DNA of 39,205 nt from Sphingomicrobium sp. (GTDB taxonomy: Bacteria; Pseudomonadota; Alphaproteobacteria; Sphingomonadales; Sphingomonadaceae). Location: positions 1-39,205 of the forward strand of contig DASTID010000192.1 in assembly GCA_035717905.1 (NCBI GenBank), read 5' to 3'. This document shows positions 36,772 to 39,205 of this stretch, one piece after another. The notes beneath the pieces were generated by a model that saw nothing but the letters and a program-made list of their open reading frames with translations, searched no databases and was not told the DNA's origin. The position numbers were made by a program, and so were the translations under genes. Position 1 is the stretch's first letter. Every line of letters starts with the position of its first letter.

Positions 36772-38409
36772 TCATTTCTTCTTCGCCGGAGCCTTCTTCG
36801 CTGCGGGCTTGGCCGGCTTGGATTCGGACTTGGCGGGAGCCTTCGCGGCGGCCCCCTCGGCCTTGCTCGGGGCAGGCTTGTTCGCCGGCTCGCTCTTGAG
36901 CGGCTTGGCGGGCTTGGGCGCGGCCGTTTTCGCCTCGACGATGTCGGCCTTCTTGGCAGCCTTGGCGCTGGTCGGGATAGGCTTCTTTGCCTCGGCTTTC
37001 TTAGCCTTGCCCTTGGCCGTGGGCTTGGCGGGCGCGGCGTGGTCGTGGCCGCAGCCGGGACCGTGGACATGGCCTTCCTCGCTCTCGAGGTCGGCCTCGA
37101 GCTGCGCGCGGGTCGACGCCAGGTCGGCGATCTCGGCCTTGCCGAACAGGAAGTCGACGACCTTGTCCTCGTAGAGCGGCGCACGCAGCTGGGCGGCGGC
37201 CATCGGCTCCCGCTGGACGTAGCGGACGAAGGTCTCGCGGTCCTTGCCCTGATATTGCGCGGCGGCCTGGGCGATCAGCCGGTTCATCTCCTGCTCGCTG
37301 ACCTCGACGCCGTTGGCCGCGCCGATTTCCGACAGCAGCAGGCCGAGGCGCACGCGACGCTCGGCGATCCGGCGATATTCGGCGGCGTCGCCCTCGATCT
37401 CGGCAAGCGCGGCCTTGGGGTCGGGCTCGTGGCTCGCCTCGTGGCGCAGCTGGCCCAGGATATTCTGATATTCCGCCTCGACCATCGATTCCGGCACCGT
37501 GAAATCGTGGCGGTCGGCGAGCTCGTCGAGCAGCTGGCGCTTCATGTGGGTGCGGGTGAGGCCGTTGAGCTCCTGCGCCAGCTGGTCGCGGATGACCGAG
37601 CGCAGCTTTTCGAGGCTGTCGAGGCCGAGCGTCTTGGCGAAATCGTCGTCGGCCCTGGTTTCGCCCGCCGTCTTCACGAGCTTGACCGTGACGTCGAACC
37701 TGGCCGGCTTGCCCTTCAGATCGGCGACCGGATAGTCGGCCGGGAAGGTCACGGTCACGACGCGCTTGTCGCCGCGCTTCGCGCCGACGAGCTGGTCCTC
37801 GAAGCCGGGGATCAGGCGGCCCGAGCCGAGCTCGATCGCCATGTTCTCGCCCGATCCGCCCTCGAACGGCTTGCCGTCGACCGTGCCGGCGAAATCGACC
37901 TCGACCAGGTCGCCGGTCGCCGCAGCGTGCTTCGCCGGCGCATCGTTCCAGCGCTTGGTCTGGCTGGCGAGCTGCGCGACGCGCTCGTCGACCGCGGCCT
38001 CGTCGGGCTCGACCGTCAGCCGCTCGAGCCTGAGGCCGTCGATGTTGGGCGCGGGAACGTCGGGCAGCGCCTCGAGCCGGACGCGGACCTCGGCGTCCTT
38101 GCCGGGCTCATATTGCTCGTCGAGCTCGACCTGCGGCTGGAGCGCCGGGCGGATGTTCTGCTCGGCGAGCAGCTGCTGGACGCCATCCTGCACCGCGCCG
38201 TTGAGCGCGTCGCCGCGAATCGCCTCGCCGTGCATCTTGCGGATGAGGTTGGGCGGCACCTTGCCGGGACGGAAGCCGGGCATCCGCACCTGGGGCGCGA
38301 TGCGCTTCACTTCCTTGTCGACCCGCGCCTCGATGTCCTCGGCGGGGATGGTCAGCATGAAGGCACGCTTCAGGCCCTGGTTCTCGGTCTCGACAGTCTT
38401 GATGGTCAC
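36772..38409 (-). CDS. tig: Trigger factor with His/Cys motif and Lys/Ala/Pro-rich tail (start 38409 GTG or 38433 ATG)
   Basis: PGFRPGKVP, FKBP domain LIPGFEDQL..TFPADY, AERRVRLGLLL. Confidence 0.96.
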   Translation of the reverse strand: MTIKTVETENQGLKRAFMLTIPAEDIEARVDKEVKRIAPQVRMPGFRPGKVPPNLIRKMHGEAIRGDALNGAVQDGVQQLLAEQNIRPALQPQVELDEQYEPGKDAEVRVRLEALPDVPAPNIDGLRLERLTVEPDEAAVDERVAQLASQTKRWNDAPAKHAAATGDLVEVDFAGTVDGKPFEGGSGENMAIELGSGRLIPGFEDQLVGAKRGDKRVVTVTFPADYPVADLKGKPARFDVTVKLVKTAGETRADDDFAKTLGLDSLEKLRSVIRDQLAQELNGLTRTHMKRQLLDELADRHDFTVPESMVEAEYQNILGQLRHEASHEPDPKAALAEIEGDAAEYRRIAERRVRLGLLLSEIGAANGVEVSEQEMNRLIAQAAAQYQGKDRETFVRYVQREPMAAAQLRAPLYEDKVVDFLFGKAEIADLASTRAQLEADLESEEGHVHGPGCGHDHAAPAKPTAKGKAKKAEAKKPIPTSAKAAKKADIVEAKTAAPKPAKPLKSEPANKPAPSKAEGAAAKAPAKSESKPAKPAAKKAPAKKK

Positions 38410-38484
38410 GTTCCTAAGGTCCTGATGAGTCATTGAGCGCGATTTCGCTGCTCGCGTGTCCCCCGGACACGCTGCGCTGCGAAA

Positions 38485-38569
38485 TGGTGCGCGCGGAGGG
38501 ACTTGAACCCCCACATCTTGCGATACTGGAACCTAAATCCAGCGCGTCTACCAGTTCCGCCACGCGCGC
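38485..38569 (-). tRNA. tRNA-Leu (anticodon TAG)
   Basis: 85 nt; GCGCGCG / CGCGCGC acceptor stem, CTGGA-TT-TAG-GT-TCCAG anticodon arm, long variable arm, GTTCAAG, encoded CCA. Confidence 0.97.
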
Positions 38570-38588
38570 GCGGCCGCGAAAGGCGGGG

Positions 38589-38616
38589 GCTATAGCAAGG
38601 ATCGGCGATTGGGCAA
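38589..38616 (-). promoter_or_regulatory. Putative sigma70 promoter of tRNA-Leu / tig
   Basis: TTGCCC-N16-TATAGC. Confidence 0.5.
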
Positions 38617-38627
38617 GGCGCGCCACG

Positions 38628-38653
38628 GCAACCCTTTGCGATGCGTGGGCGTT
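38628..38653 (+). promoter_or_regulatory. Putative sigma-EcfG promoter
   Basis: GCAAC-N17-CGTT just upstream of the RBS of the Pro-rich ORF. Confidence 0.5.
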
Positions 38654-38672
38654 TTTCAGCGAAGGAGTTCCC

Positions 38673-38855
38673 ATGCAGCAACTGCCGCCCTTCCCCGACA
38701 CGCCGACCAACCCCGAGCCGGTCGAGCCGTCGCAGCCCGGAAAGCCGACCCCGGCTCCGCCCGAAACGCCGCCGCAGGGGCCAGACATCGACGTGCCCGC
38801 TCCGGCGCAGCCCGGAACCGAGCCGCCCTCGACGCCGATTTCGCCGGTCGGGTGA
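38673..38855 (+). CDS. Small proline-rich disordered protein, 60 aa
   Basis: GAAGGAG RBS 6 nt before ATG; GC-rich third codon positions. Confidence 0.72.
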   Translation: MQQLPPFPDTPTNPEPVEPSQPGKPTPAPPETPPQGPDIDVPAPAQPGTEPPSTPISPVG

Positions 38856-38860
38856 TTGTG

Positions 38861-38968
38861 CTTCGAGACGGGACTTCGATACGCTTCGCGTCGTCAGTCC
38901 CTCCTCAGCATGAGCGGATTGATTGGGGACCGCTGAGCCGCTGAGCGCAGTCGAAGCGGCGCCTCGAA
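38861..38968. repeat. REP-like palindromic element, family A copy 2 (halves in swapped order)
   Basis: CTTCGAGACGGG.CTTCGA.ACGCT and CTCCTCAG.ATGAG.GG shared with 2075-2134; GAGCC..TGAGC..GTCGAA..GGCG.CTCG shared with 2037-2068. Confidence 0.78.
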
Positions 38969-38971
38969 CGA

Positions 38972-39205
38972 CTAGCGGCGCTGCGCCGATGCGACAATCG
39001 CCTCGAAGTCCGGAAGGCCGGCCGCGTAATAATGCGAACGCGCCGCGTCGAACAGGATCAGGTAGAGCCGGCCGTCGACTATCGCTCCGACCGCGCGGCC
39101 CTTGCGCCACAATTCGTCGCCGTCGAGATGCTCGTAATCGAACTGGAAGCCGTTGGTCCCGAGGAACGACCGGGGCTGCAGCGACAGCGTGCGGAAGTCG
39201 ATCGT
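38972..39205 (-). CDS. Hypothetical protein, C-terminal 77 aa (truncated by window edge)
   Basis: Open frame TIDFRTLSLQPRSFLGTNGFQFDY...RLYLILFDAARSHYY...SAQRR* with typical codon usage. Confidence 0.75.
   Translation of the reverse strand, partial: TIDFRTLSLQPRSFLGTNGFQFDYEHLDGDELWRKGRAVGAIVDGRLYLILFDAARSHYYAAGLPDFEAIVASAQRR

Noticed and set aside
38485-38569. tRNA as an integration site for an island or prophage
   Set aside because: The 3' end is followed directly by tig; no integrase or duplicated att sequence in the window

Overview
High-GC alphaproteobacterial chromosome segment, most likely Sphingomonadaceae (inferred from gene content, the alpha-type LexA box and chpT). It is mostly core genome. 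In order: ftsY (3' end), ispZ, an ABC-2 exporter pair, a secreted HExxH protein divergent from an AraC regulator, Fe-SOD, a PuuD-like membrane protein, a TPR protein, a sigma54 psp locus (pspF / pspABC plus two extra Psp-like proteins), sufE, a J-domain protein, rnpB, an SBP56-like beta-propeller, an amidase, a chpT-cheAWYBR cluster, rluD-rpoH-EF-G paralogue, flippase / GT4 / PLD / HAD, a DAACS symporter, a Tat-exported Xaa-Pro peptidase, a Bcr/CflA MFS, recA, clpP, a GT2, trigger factor, tRNA-Leu(TAG), a small Pro-rich protein and a truncated final CDS. I found no transposase, integrase, prophage or CRISPR array. The most notable structure not explained by the gene list: (1) several families of REP-like palindromic elements, one apparently forming the P3 arm of RNase P RNA and two supplying protein C-termini; (2) a four-gene PspB/PspC-like paralogue array; (3) an AUG-sequestering leader on a GTPase-degenerate EF-G; (4) a hairpin-dense clpP-recA spacer. 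All calls come from reading the sequence by eye; no searches or folding programs were run.
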